A DNA stretch of 64,000 nt from NCBI GenBank assembly GCA_977018835.1, contig OZ361259.1, positions 1,984,001 to 2,048,000 on the forward strand. Direction: 5' to 3'. The DNA is from Minutocellus sp. GHC0000111. Its lineage: Eukaryota. The notes below the pieces were generated by a model. It did no database searches and was not told where the DNA came from. It was given only the letters and a program-made list of their open reading frames with translations. The translations under genes and the position numbers were made by a program. Position 1 is the stretch's first letter. Every line of letters begins with the position of its first letter. This document shows, piece by piece, positions 11,161 to 20,915 of this stretch.

Positions 11161-12330
11161 ATGACCAAATCTGGCCAGTATCAAGGCAGCAGCAGCCACC
11201 AATCATACTCCCGAGCCACCGGCCATGTTCATCAGTCCAAGGGACCGCACAAGGGCAAGAAGACGGCTGGCAAACGGCGGCTGAATTATGGCGGTGCCGG
11301 TGCTGGTGCCGGCGGCAGGGGCGGTGAACATAGCTTTGGCAACAGGACGGCCAAGGAGAATGCCTTCAAGGCGGGCTACCGCAAGGCTGCTCCCAAGCCA
11401 TTTATGATGGATGGCGAGGTCGTTCCGAAGCTCGATCAGAAGTGAGTGGAGTTGCTTGTTTGCCGCGTGCCGTTGTTGTTGGTTTGTTCGTGACAACTCT
11501 TGCTTTGTGTGTTCGTGTCATGAGCGTTTATTTCTCACGGTTAGCGATTGATCCACCTTCAAATATGTCAATAGCGACCCGGTCCAAGCCCGACGCATCC
11601 AGCAGCGCGCCCGAATGATCATGTTTGGCAAGAACACGGCGGGATATGACGAGTATGTCAAGCAGGTTCCCAAGGATAGTCGCAGGCCTCGGTGTATGGA
11701 TCATCCGGCAACGCCTGATCACACCTTGGACATTCCAAATAGACGGTGGCAGGGCATGGTCAAGGCCTGGTGAGTTTATGTTACCTCGAAAGCTTTCGCT
11801 TCTTTGTTCATTCGTATCCGCTGGTACATGATGGATGCCTGTGTATATCAGAATATTATAGATGTTTCTAATCCCATCTTATGCTTTGAACCCCAATACA
11901 AATATATAGGCGCCGGGCACTGCACAAATTTGACCCACCGGATCTAAAAGATGCGGACGTCCACAAGCCCCAAGATCCGCTGGTGGCTGCAATGGCGTCA
12001 ACCTTTGCTGCTACCGCGGTCATGAGCCAAGGAGGAGAGAAAGATGGGGCTTCCACCGGACAGAGCGCCGATGGAGGTGTCCAGGCGAAGCAGATTGCGG
12101 ATGCAGCATCGAATGGCTTGCTGGTTGACTTTGGTGTCAGTGCCGCTGGTGCGTCGGCGACGGGAGTTGATACTGCGGCTCAAGGCCTGCAGGATCAGGA
12201 GGAGGAGCGATATCAGGAGATGATTCAGCAGGCTGAAGAGGAGGGAACGGATGATTTGGTTGCCTTTGCAGGCAAGAGCACAGGGGATGATATTCTCGAC
12301 GATGTTGACAGCGACGATGATCTTCTGTAG
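11161..12330 (+). CDS. SLBP: Histone mRNA stem-loop binding protein; join(11161..11441,11575..11769,11910..12330)
   Basis: Manual splicing gives RRIQQRARMIMFGKNTAGYDEYVKQVPKDSRRPRCMDHPATPD..RRWQGMVKAW|RRALHKFDPP, the SLBP RNA-binding domain; acidic tail; both introns GT-AG and frame-consistent. Confidence 0.92.
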
Positions 12331-12412
12331 GGACAAATCTTCTCGTGATGTTTGATGCACATAAAAATACATAAAAGAAAGAAATGCAAATTGTGCATCT
12401 ATTTCCGTATCA

Positions 12413-12484
12413 GTTGGCTAAGCTATGTGGTATAGAAGTTGACTAAGCTATGCAGTATAGTAGTTGTCTGAGCTATGTAGCATT
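12413..12484. repeat. Degenerate 25-bp minisatellite, about 3 copies
   Basis: gttggctaagctatgtggtatagaa / gttgactaagctatgcagtatagta / gttgtctgagctatgtagcatt. Confidence 0.75.
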
Positions 12485-12910
12485 GTTAAGCGAGCTACTT
12501 AGCTAGACTTGACAATTTCAGAACGGCCTGGTGCCGTCCAAGACGTCTCCTCCCTCAGGTGTCAAGTCTCTCCAAGGGCACACTTTACTAGAACAAGAGT
12601 GTCCCACGAGGAAAATCTCAACACGATCACTGAGATTCATCAACCCATCAAGATGTGTTATGGAAAATTGAGTATTACACTCGCTTTTCCATGGACAAAA
12701 CATCCGATGCAAATATTAAACCCCAAATATTGTCTCCGAAGAGGCAAGAAAATCCGCACTTGCCCAATCTCACCCACCACTCCGGTCCATTACCTATCAG
12801 TAGTACTTTCGCCGCAAGATTAAATCCGTAGTATTTCTCCTCCTTATTGCTTCTCGTTGTGAGAGCCCGCTGTCTCTTCAACTCGGACAAGCAATCCTCT
12901 TTTTACTTAT

Positions 12911-13282
12911 TTAGATGAGAAGATGCTCGATCTTGATCTTCATGCCGTCGATGGTGCTCTTTAGCTGCGAGGCCTCATTGGTGGTGATGGAGCAGGAGAT
13001 GACGGGACGCGAAACACCGCAGGCACGGCCGAGGGCGACCTTGCTGGGAACGAAGACGTACGGGACGTTCTTGTCCTCGCAGAGGAGGGGCAGATGGAGG
13101 AGAATTTCGATCGGTTCGGCATCGGCGGCCATGATGATCATCTCACTGATACCACGGTTCAATGTCTTGGTCGCCTCGTTGGCACCCTTCTTGGTCTGCT
13201 TGTAGTTCGTAGCCTGCTGGACGAGGTCGAGCAGGGCTACGGTGAGCTCGGCGTCGGCGAGGGGAAAGGCTTTCTCACTCAT
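12911..13282 (-). CDS. SNU13: Snu13/15.5K/NHP2L1 K-turn binding protein
   Basis: [53 protein letters not shown]. Confidence 0.98.
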   Translation of the reverse strand: MSEKAFPLADAELTVALLDLVQQATNYKQTKKGANEATKTLNRGISEMIIMAADAEPIEILLHLPLLCEDKNVPYVFVPSKVALGRACGVSRPVISCSITTNEASQLKSTIDGMKIKIEHLLI

Positions 13283-13530
13283 GGTTGCGTTGGGTTCGAG
13301 GTTGATATGATGGTGATCAAATTTCCGTGGGTGCCACCAACTTCGAAGTCTGGCGACGGATGGACGGAAAACTGATATAAGGAAAGACGTTCAAATTTGA
13401 GAGTGGTTCAAGCCCCAGCTCATCAATGCAATCTCGCCATCGTCAGCAATCCTTTTGCCGGCAGGTAGGAACTTCCAACTACGAAAACGGTATCGGTGGG
13501 AGTTGCTCTGCACCTTCATTCAAAAGCACC

Positions 13531-14958
13531 ATGCGACAATTTGCCCTTGGGACACTGGGCGTCCTCCTTTCAGCTGCATTTTGTGCCGATGCCTTCTCGC
13601 CAACCTCTACTGCCCGTCCTCTCTCCACCTCCCGCCCTTTACATCGCAATGACCAATGCGTCATCGGCAGAACATGTAGCCATCACTCAAGCACCGCCCT
13701 CAGCATGGCGAATAACTTTGATCTGTCCCGTCCAACACTTGATCTCTTTACATTGAGGAATATCCGCGGCGATGCGTTACTTCAGTACAACACGCTCAAT
13801 CAATCCGAACCTCTCCGTATAAACCTTTACCTGCTTCTAACCTTCACATTGCTGGCTCTTCCCAGTATGAGTGAAGCTGTTTTGGGAGAAGATTTGAGCC
13901 TGCCAGGAACTGCCGCTTCCGTGCTTGGATCGGTTGGATCGTTCGCTCTTTTCTTTCGGGAATGTGGAAGACGCAGCAAGCAACTCGAACGCATCGAAAA
14001 AGAGATGAATGCAGAATTTCTCCCAGTTCGATTGCCAAACAATCGAATGGCGGAACGACCCTACGGACCACCTGTTCAGCTAAAGCAGTTGCGTGGAAAG
14101 AAAAGGATCATTGCTCTTTGCGGGAACAAAGATCAGCTCAAAGCAGCTCTGACAGAAGTTCGTGTCTTTCGAAATCGCTTGTTTCAAGCAGCAGCTATTG
14201 TCATTCCTATACCCAACGATGGGTCCAGCAGCAATGACTAGGGGATGAGCAGAGAGGAAATTGCATCTGCTCAATTCTTAGGCGAGGCCGATAATATTCA
14301 GGCGTGGGTACAATATTTTAATGAACTGTCACAAGACGACAAAGAAGAGGGGAAGTTAGTGTGGTTCGGCCTGAATAACAATGGAAGGTCATTTGCATCG
14401 GGCGCCGGTGATCCGCCACGCCTCGTGGAAGTGCTGGGTCAAAATCTGAGACCAGTTGAAATCCTGTTGGAAACCGATGAAGAAGTCAAGATGACACCTG
14501 AAGACGATGGTGTCTTGTCAGCACAGAAACAATTCTATTCTGCTCTGACGAGCGGGGATCGCGAAGCAATGGCGTCGGTATTTACGAAAGAGCAGGCAAC
14601 GGAAGTATCTGAAGTTATAAGTGGTGGTGGGCGTATCGACAATTGGGACGCCTGCCTCGAGGATGGGGCCAGACCAGAAGATATGCAAATTTCGGGTTCT
14701 GATGCATTGATAGTATCTCCTGACGTAGCCTACAGTACTGCAATTGAATTTCCACCGAACGCGGGCTTTGACTCAGCAACTTTGCTGGCCGTACAAAGAT
14801 GGCAAAAAGAAGGAGATGATTGGAAATTATCTTTGCACCAGACTATTCCTTGGAGTCCAGCCTCAAAGGCTGGCGGTACGCTGCTTTGTTCTTGCAAGGG
14901 TTGCGTCGCTTTGACAAGGAAAAAGGATAAGAGAACTCGCGGTGGAATAGTCGGATGA
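13531..14958 (+). CDS. Plastid-targeted LPA1/DUF3493-like membrane protein with C-terminal SnoaL-like domain; in-frame TAG at 14239-14241
   Basis: Signal peptide ending CADA-FSP, two TM segments, LKQLRGKKRIIALCG; same frame continues past GAC TAG GGG to VLSAQKQFYSALTSGDREAMASVF. Confidence 0.65.
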
Positions 14959-15060
14959 GGGCAGGATAAAACGTTAACACCTGGTATTGAATATTCCCTC
15001 TCTTATAAATTATTTTGTATTTGTCTACGGTAGTCTAGCTGGCTGCACACGTAGCGAAAG

Positions 15061-16599
15061 TTAACTCAAAGACGAAACATATTTGATCAAGCTTTCCTCA
15101 GGAACATTGCTATTTTTCTCCCATACCACCAGCTTTTTTTCATCGCGATATTTCCCTTCCATCGGAACAAAAACTACTCCATCACATCCATGTGTCACAC
15201 CCCTCAATACATTCTTAAGGACAAAATCGAGCTTTTCGATTCCGAAAAATTCCTTCGCTCGAAGTTTGATTGACTCTTTGCCGTAATTGTGACTTGTATC
15301 CTTCTTCCTTGCCATAATTACGCCGTCCAACAAATATTTTGCGCGATGCGTAAATGGCTTTGCCATTAGGACGCCCCCCATGTGACACAAAATGTCCGAC
15401 GCGTAAAACCTTGGCACAAGAGCACTTCCTTCCTTATCAAACACCAAAGTGCCATCTATGAGTGTCCTGTGCTGTCGCTTGCTTGGGTCGTTGGGCACTG
15501 GAAACTTCATATTGCCTTGGACGATGGAAACTGCAACCCTATTCTCACCAGACTCGTCATTGCCATTTTCTAGAAAGTAAATGCCCTCGTTGAGGATGAG
15601 AAGCAATCCGCGCAGACCCGTGGACTTCCAGGTCACCTTGTAGTGCTTGTTCGGTAAACTTGCACTAAGTGCGTCCGTCGAAATTACCTGTTTCTCTGGG
15701 CAAAAAGGTAGCTTCTGCTTGCATGAAACCGAGGTCATCTGACTCACCACAGTGATGGCTCTTTCATACTTGGGTGATTTTGGATCAATATTCAAAAGCT
15801 GAGAAAAATCGGGCTGCCGAGGCTCGTTTGCTTTGCGCCTCTTCTGCGCTGGCTGATCCCCAGCTCCATCAAAGGGAGGGATAACAACCACAAGATCACC
15901 AGAATCATCTGGTTTGCTTCTCTTCTTTGGGTTGGCATCGCCGCCCCCTTTATCGCCGTCGGCATCTTCCTCGTCATCATCCTCAACTGGCCACCACCAA
16001 GACGGAATCTGTTCCAACGTCCACTCCCTTCGACCTTTGAACCTCATTTGCAGGTCGCGCAGCAAAGTGTCGTCAGCTAAGCCACATGGCTGGATCACTT
16101 CCTTTAGCGATGCCAGTGCCACATGGACCGGAGCTCTCAACTTCTCACACATATACCGCGCGCAAAGATATGCTGCAACACCGTAACCACCTCTCGAGTC
16201 AAAAATTGCAATGTGAGTGCCAGGACGCTTGGCCCAGTGCGATTCACAAAACGAGAGGAACTTGTCCACCATCGCCTGGGAGGGGACGGTGCTGGTGTTG
16301 GAACTGGAAGGGGGTTCGTGAAGCGCCTTGTAATCAATATCAAAATCATCCCATTCGCTGGTATCGTGAAAATAGCGCTTCGATCCCTTGTCATCGGTCA
16401 GGGGCTCGAACGCATGAAGATCGAGCGAGGTGCAGTCCACCGCGGCACCTACTTGAATCTTCTTGGCCATCATCCTCGCCGCGTACATGGGGACGGTAAA
16501 TACGTTGCGATCGCCGCCAAACTTCTCTTCGTAGAGTGATGATGCCGGCGCCTTGATGAGGAGGAACTTGGTCCGCGGTACCGGTGCAGAGGAGCTCAT
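15061..16599 (-). CDS. mRNA capping enzyme (RNGTT)-like protein with degenerate triphosphatase and guanylyltransferase motifs
   Basis: VDCTS..RYF..EW DSP-like N-terminus; YKVTWKSTG, TLIDGTLV, RFYASDIL, LRAKEFF, HGCDGVVF in capping-enzyme order. Confidence 0.8.
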   Translation of the reverse strand: MSSSAPVPRTKFLLIKAPASSLYEEKFGGDRNVFTVPMYAARMMAKKIQVGAAVDCTSLDLHAFEPLTDDKGSKRYFHDTSEWDDFDIDYKALHEPPSSSNTSTVPSQAMVDKFLSFCESHWAKRPGTHIAIFDSRGGYGVAAYLCARYMCEKLRAPVHVALASLKEVIQPCGLADDTLLRDLQMRFKGRREWTLEQIPSWWWPVEDDDEEDADGDKGGGDANPKKRSKPDDSGDLVVVIPPFDGAGDQPAQKRRKANEPRQPDFSQLLNIDPKSPKYERAITVVSQMTSVSCKQKLPFCPEKQVISTDALSASLPNKHYKVTWKSTGLRGLLLILNEGIYFLENGNDESGENRVAVSIVQGNMKFPVPNDPSKRQHRTLIDGTLVFDKEGSALVPRFYASDILCHMGGVLMAKPFTHRAKYLLDGVIMARKKDTSHNYGKESIKLRAKEFFGIEKLDFVLKNVLRGVTHGCDGVVFVPMEGKYRDEKKLVVWEKNSNVPEESLIKYVSSLS

Positions 16600-17193
16600 T
16601 CGTGGCGTTGCCGCCCACCGGGTCCAGGCCTGCTCGGACCAGGGGAGCAGTTGGTGGACGTTCGCTTCGGCTTGCCATGGTCGTTCTAGCTAGTGGAGGG
16701 ATAAGAGGCACACACACCGGCACCAAACGCGATGGACCGGCCGGCCGGCGGTTCTGGTATGACCACCCCGCCCATCGCACCATCGCCAAGCGGCATCGCC
16801 TTATCGATACGTACGTACTGCATGTCTGTGCGTCGTGCGTTTTTATTGGCCCAAATCTGAAATTTGCAAAATGTTGCAATGTTGCGCGTCAACAAAGCCC
16901 TGTCTCGCAGCCTGGAGATCTACTACCGTAGTAGGAATTCCTACATAACTGCGAGATGAAGAGTGCTAGTCTGGTTGGAGTTTATGGCTAGCTAGAGTTA
17001 GGATCCAGTTCAGACATTTTCTTACCGTACATGTACGATGAGAAAAAATTCCGAAATAAATATTTGAAGTAGAGAGCAGCAGTTTGCAAATTCCTCGTCG
17101 CTACCGGTACACATGTACGTAGCTTGATCTCCACGTAAAAATAAATGAATTCTTTCTTCGAAGAGACGAGACTCTTGCTACCCGCTGTTTACA

Positions 17194-17922
17194 TTATTCC
17201 TTCTTTGACTTCTTGCTCTTGTCCTTGCTCTTCTTTGATGTTTCCTTGTCATCATCGTGATGCAGCACGTGATTCCCATGCCCTGGCAAAGATATGCCAT
17301 TCGATTTGATGTAGGATAACATTACCGACTCAATCAGGCATATTGTGTTGACCATAAGAAGTTGATGGCGCACTGGGATGAACGAGAACATTGCCAGATC
17401 GAACGGTGTCCACAGGGCATATTCCAACAAAAGGGAAGGAAAGAAGTCCTTTGGCAATTGTACCAGTACATCGGAAAGTTTTTCGCCTCCCAACAAACCA
17501 ACACTTACAAAGAAAGCCGTCAGACCAATGGGGTGGAGAAGGATCATCTCCAAAATAAATTTGACTCCAACGAATTTCTTGGTGCCTGGGGGTGTTATTG
17601 AGTGTGCTGCCCGATCCAGCCACTGGTACCAGTAGTGACCGAATGGTGCCCAAATTATTGCCGCATAAAATGTTTGTATCCGTGCCCTGTCCCAATCCAA
17701 CGAGGCAACACCTACAACAGAGCAGGTAGACGGACTGGCCGCACTACTAGCGGCAGTGGCATGAGAGCCCCCCGATATTGCCGTCACACCACCGTCTCCA
17801 TCAAGACGACGCTCGAGAACTTGAGCAAGGATATCCCCACCGAACCACAAAACACCGGACGTCACCATCTCCGTAGGTACCGGAAATCGGTGGAGGAAAG
17901 AGTTGTACGCATTCCAAACCAT
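17194..17922 (-). CDS. Mpv17/PMP22 family membrane protein
   Basis: YNSFLHRFPVPTEMVTSGVLWFGGDILAQ, DWDRA, PFGHYWYQWLD, FSFIPVRHQLL; Lys-rich tail. Confidence 0.9.
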   Translation of the reverse strand: MVWNAYNSFLHRFPVPTEMVTSGVLWFGGDILAQVLERRLDGDGGVTAISGGSHATAASSAASPSTCSVVGVASLDWDRARIQTFYAAIIWAPFGHYWYQWLDRAAHSITPPGTKKFVGVKFILEMILLHPIGLTAFFVSVGLLGGEKLSDVLVQLPKDFFPSLLLEYALWTPFDLAMFSFIPVRHQLLMVNTICLIESVMLSYIKSNGISLPGHGNHVLHHDDDKETSKKSKDKSKKSKKE

Positions 17923-18212
17923 TGTTGCTTTATTACGATCAATGTTGCCAAAAGTATTTGCGTTTGCGTTGTGGAAGGGAAGCAAGCTGACCGCACATCC
18001 GCATCATCTGTCGACCTGCTAATTGCTGACGTGCTGATCGGCTTGACTTACGAGTACTTGGCGCATTGCGCGCTCGGGTCAGTTCCGGGTTCTACTCTAC
18101 TTCACGCCAAAAATCGAGATGGCCGAGATGCGCCGACGAAGAGATGCGGACCGGGGCCGGAAGCAGAAGGCAGCAGGAGCAGAACGGCGTAAGAGGCTGA
18201 TCAGAGCCAACC

Positions 18213-19853
18213 ATGATTTCCGAGACGCGGGCGCACAATGCCATCCCTCCTTTTGTAGTGAAAGCTACAACAATTGCGTCGCTCGGAGGTCTCCTCTTTG
18301 GACTCGACCTGGGATGTATCAGCGGTGCCCTTCCACAAATCGTCAATGCCTTTGACCTCACAGAACGACAATCGGAACTTGTGGTGTCATTCCTCTACAT
18401 TGGTGGGGGACTTGGAGCTGCCATCGGTGGGTCGCTCTGCGATGCAGCTGGGAGAAAGTCCGCAATTCTGGTGACCGACGTCGTCTTTCTTCTTGGTGCA
18501 GTCATTTTGTTTTTCTCTCCGAGCCTGGCAGTTGTATTACTTGGGAGGATAGTCATGGGGTTTGGAGTTGCGGTATCGGCCATTGCCGATGTGTCATATT
18601 TGCACGAGATTTCTCCGCCGGAATGGCGCGGGTCGATTGTGAGTGTCAATGAAGCCTGTATCAGTTTGGGCTTCCTCTTGGCGTACATCCTTGGTTACTT
18701 GGTAACAGCTTCAGATCCTGTAGATGGGTGGAGAACAATCTTTGGCTCATCCGGATCCATTGCCATAATTCAATTCATTGGGATGCAAGCGATGCCTGAG
18801 AGTCCAGTGTGGTTACAAGAACAAGGCAGAAAAAATGAAGCTGATGAAGCACTCAGGGCAATAAATGGCGGCAATGGTTGGATAAGAGGTGGAAGTGGAA
18901 GTGGAAGTGCCTTTGTTGATGAAGATTGCCCCAGCGATGTAGTCAACCCATCCACTACTACATCGTATGCTTCTATCGACGATTCGCATCCTCAGAACAG
19001 TTCTTCGGGGATCGAAGGTCGTGCCTCGGCATCAAGAATAGCCCAAAGGTGGAAAGATACAATCGAAAGTGTCAGGCAATTCGGCAAAGAAATGTACGAA
19101 CACCGCCGACAGGTGACTATTGCAGTATTTTTGGCCGTGGCACAGCACTTTTGCGGCCATACGAACATTCTGAATTACGCGCCTGAGATTGTGCGCCAGA
19201 TTAGTTTCGATTCGGCAACCCACACGCTCGGGTGCACCATTATCATTGGTACGATCAAATTTGTGATTACATGCTTCGTTATCTGGCGCATTGAGTTCCT
19301 TGGACGTCGCTCGTTGCTGCTCGGTGGATTGATAACAATCGCCGTATCAACACTCATGCTGAGCATCACTTTTTGGGATCAGGAACAGCATGGCCAGAAC
19401 AAGTACATGGGTGCAGTCAGTGCAACTATTGCCCTTGTGGGTATGGTGGGGGTTGCTGCTGGTTACGCAGCCTCCTTTGCACCACTTACTTGGTTGCTGA
19501 TTTGTGAACTTTTTCATACCAAATTTCGCGGCAGAGCCCTTGGCTCGTCAACAATTATCACGTACCTTTCGGCGGCATTGGTGTCCTTCTTTTTCCTTTC
19601 CGTTCAGAAGCAGCTTGGCCCATCGGTTCCATTTACAATGTATTTTGTTGTATCTGTAGCATCGGCAATATTTGCAGCACTTGCAGTACCAGATACTGGT
19701 GGGAAGGATCCAGATGAAATCGAGGTGGATATGAAAACGATGCGATTTTGGAGATGGATTCATGGAGAGACTTCGCTATGGGGTAGATCAGCAAGTCAAA
19801 CAAATCTCATGGGTCGAACAAGCGCCAGCGGCAAACAATTGCAGCTGGTATAA
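18213..19853 (+). CDS. MFS sugar porter family transporter
   Basis: GGLLFGLDLG, DAAGRK, YLHEISPPEWRG, PESPVWL, ELFHTKFRGRA, VPDTGGK; about 12 TM segments. Confidence 0.95.
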   Translation: MISETRAHNAIPPFVVKATTIASLGGLLFGLDLGCISGALPQIVNAFDLTERQSELVVSFLYIGGGLGAAIGGSLCDAAGRKSAILVTDVVFLLGAVILFFSPSLAVVLLGRIVMGFGVAVSAIADVSYLHEISPPEWRGSIVSVNEACISLGFLLAYILGYLVTASDPVDGWRTIFGSSGSIAIIQFIGMQAMPESPVWLQEQGRKNEADEALRAINGGNGWIRGGSGSGSAFVDEDCPSDVVNPSTTTSYASIDDSHPQNSSSGIEGRASASRIAQRWKDTIESVRQFGKEMYEHRRQVTIAVFLAVAQHFCGHTNILNYAPEIVRQISFDSATHTLGCTIIIGTIKFVITCFVIWRIEFLGRRSLLLGGLITIAVSTLMLSITFWDQEQHGQNKYMGAVSATIALVGMVGVAAGYAASFAPLTWLLICELFHTKFRGRALGSSTIITYLSAALVSFFFLSVQKQLGPSVPFTMYFVVSVASAIFAALAVPDTGGKDPDEIEVDMKTMRFWRWIHGETSLWGRSASQTNLMGRTSASGKQLQLV

Positions 19854-19925
19854 ATATAAATAGATTATAGAGTGAGTGCTACGAGTGTGTCTATTCCACT
19901 GCACTACTGACGTAGCTGCATGCTT

Positions 19926-20570
19926 TTAGAAGAAATCATCCTCGTACTCTTCTGCTGCTGTCGAATCTGCCGTGGCCTTGGTCTCAGCATTGCTTGTCAT
20001 CATGTCACCTTTCATGATCCGATCATAGGACATCTCCTCCTTCTTCTCTTTCGCTTCAAGTGCCGCCGCCTTCCGCGCATTGTCTTCGGCTCGCTTCTTC
20101 TCCTTCTTCTCTCGGATTACCTCCCTCTCCCGATCTTGCTGCTCCCTGTACAGATCGGGAAAACGTTCCTCCTTCGTCTTGTTGAGGGCGTTCACAACGG
20201 CATTATTCTTTGCAGCTTTCATTTCCCGCACATTTTGTGGTCGATGATATGTCACCTGCCCGGGGACCATATCCGCGGTTTTCTTCAAGTTCTTCCAACG
20301 CGTGTAGACAATCGTCACCTCCTTCATCTTGCACCCCTGAATCGAATTGGCCTTGCAAAGGGTCGCACAATCCTCCAGGCAGTCGTCGGTGATGTCGTCC
20401 ATCGTCTGATTTGGCTTCAGGCGCAAATACACATGTGCCGACGAAAGGTCCTTTACATGGAACCAGACGTCGGTATCCAAGCCATACTTGATGAGCTCGT
20501 CGTTCTCAAATTGGTCTTTACCCATGTAGATGGTGTAGTTGCCGCATCGGCTCTGGAAGTAGAACACCAT
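19926..20570 (-). CDS. CCDC25: CCDC25 / NFACT-R (DUF814) protein
   Basis: MVFYF..IYMGKDQFENDELIKYG..WFHVKDLSSAHVYLR, KANSIQG, terminal EDDFF. Confidence 0.96.
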   Translation of the reverse strand: MVFYFQSRCGNYTIYMGKDQFENDELIKYGLDTDVWFHVKDLSSAHVYLRLKPNQTMDDITDDCLEDCATLCKANSIQGCKMKEVTIVYTRWKNLKKTADMVPGQVTYHRPQNVREMKAAKNNAVVNALNKTKEERFPDLYREQQDREREVIREKKEKKRAEDNARKAAALEAKEKKEEMSYDRIMKGDMMTSNAETKATADSTAAEEYEDDFF

Positions 20571-20915
20571 GGTTGGTCACAGCTGGTCCTCAACTCGAGA
20601 GCAATTGGAAACCTTTCAACCTAACTCAAAACGCAGTTGACAACGCGTATAACGCGTCTCTCAGTCGGCCCCCTACCGAAATGCAGTGGCTGGCAATTTG
20701 CAGCATCGGGAGGTTGCGTCGCGTCGGTTGCTTTTTGAGGCGACATACAGGGAATGTTAAGGTTTGGGAGTGACCGGCAATTTTGAATTCCGGGTCCCCT
20801 GACTATCGATGTCGCGCGCATTGATGACATGAATGGACCTACACGTAGACTACCTCCGCGCTTTTTCGTAGCATGATGAATCGAAACGTCTCCAGTAAAC
20901 CGTAGCAGATCCGTT

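Noticed and set aside
12413..12484. CRISPR-like array
   Set aside because: Adjacent degenerate repeats with no spacers, no cas genes, eukaryotic context
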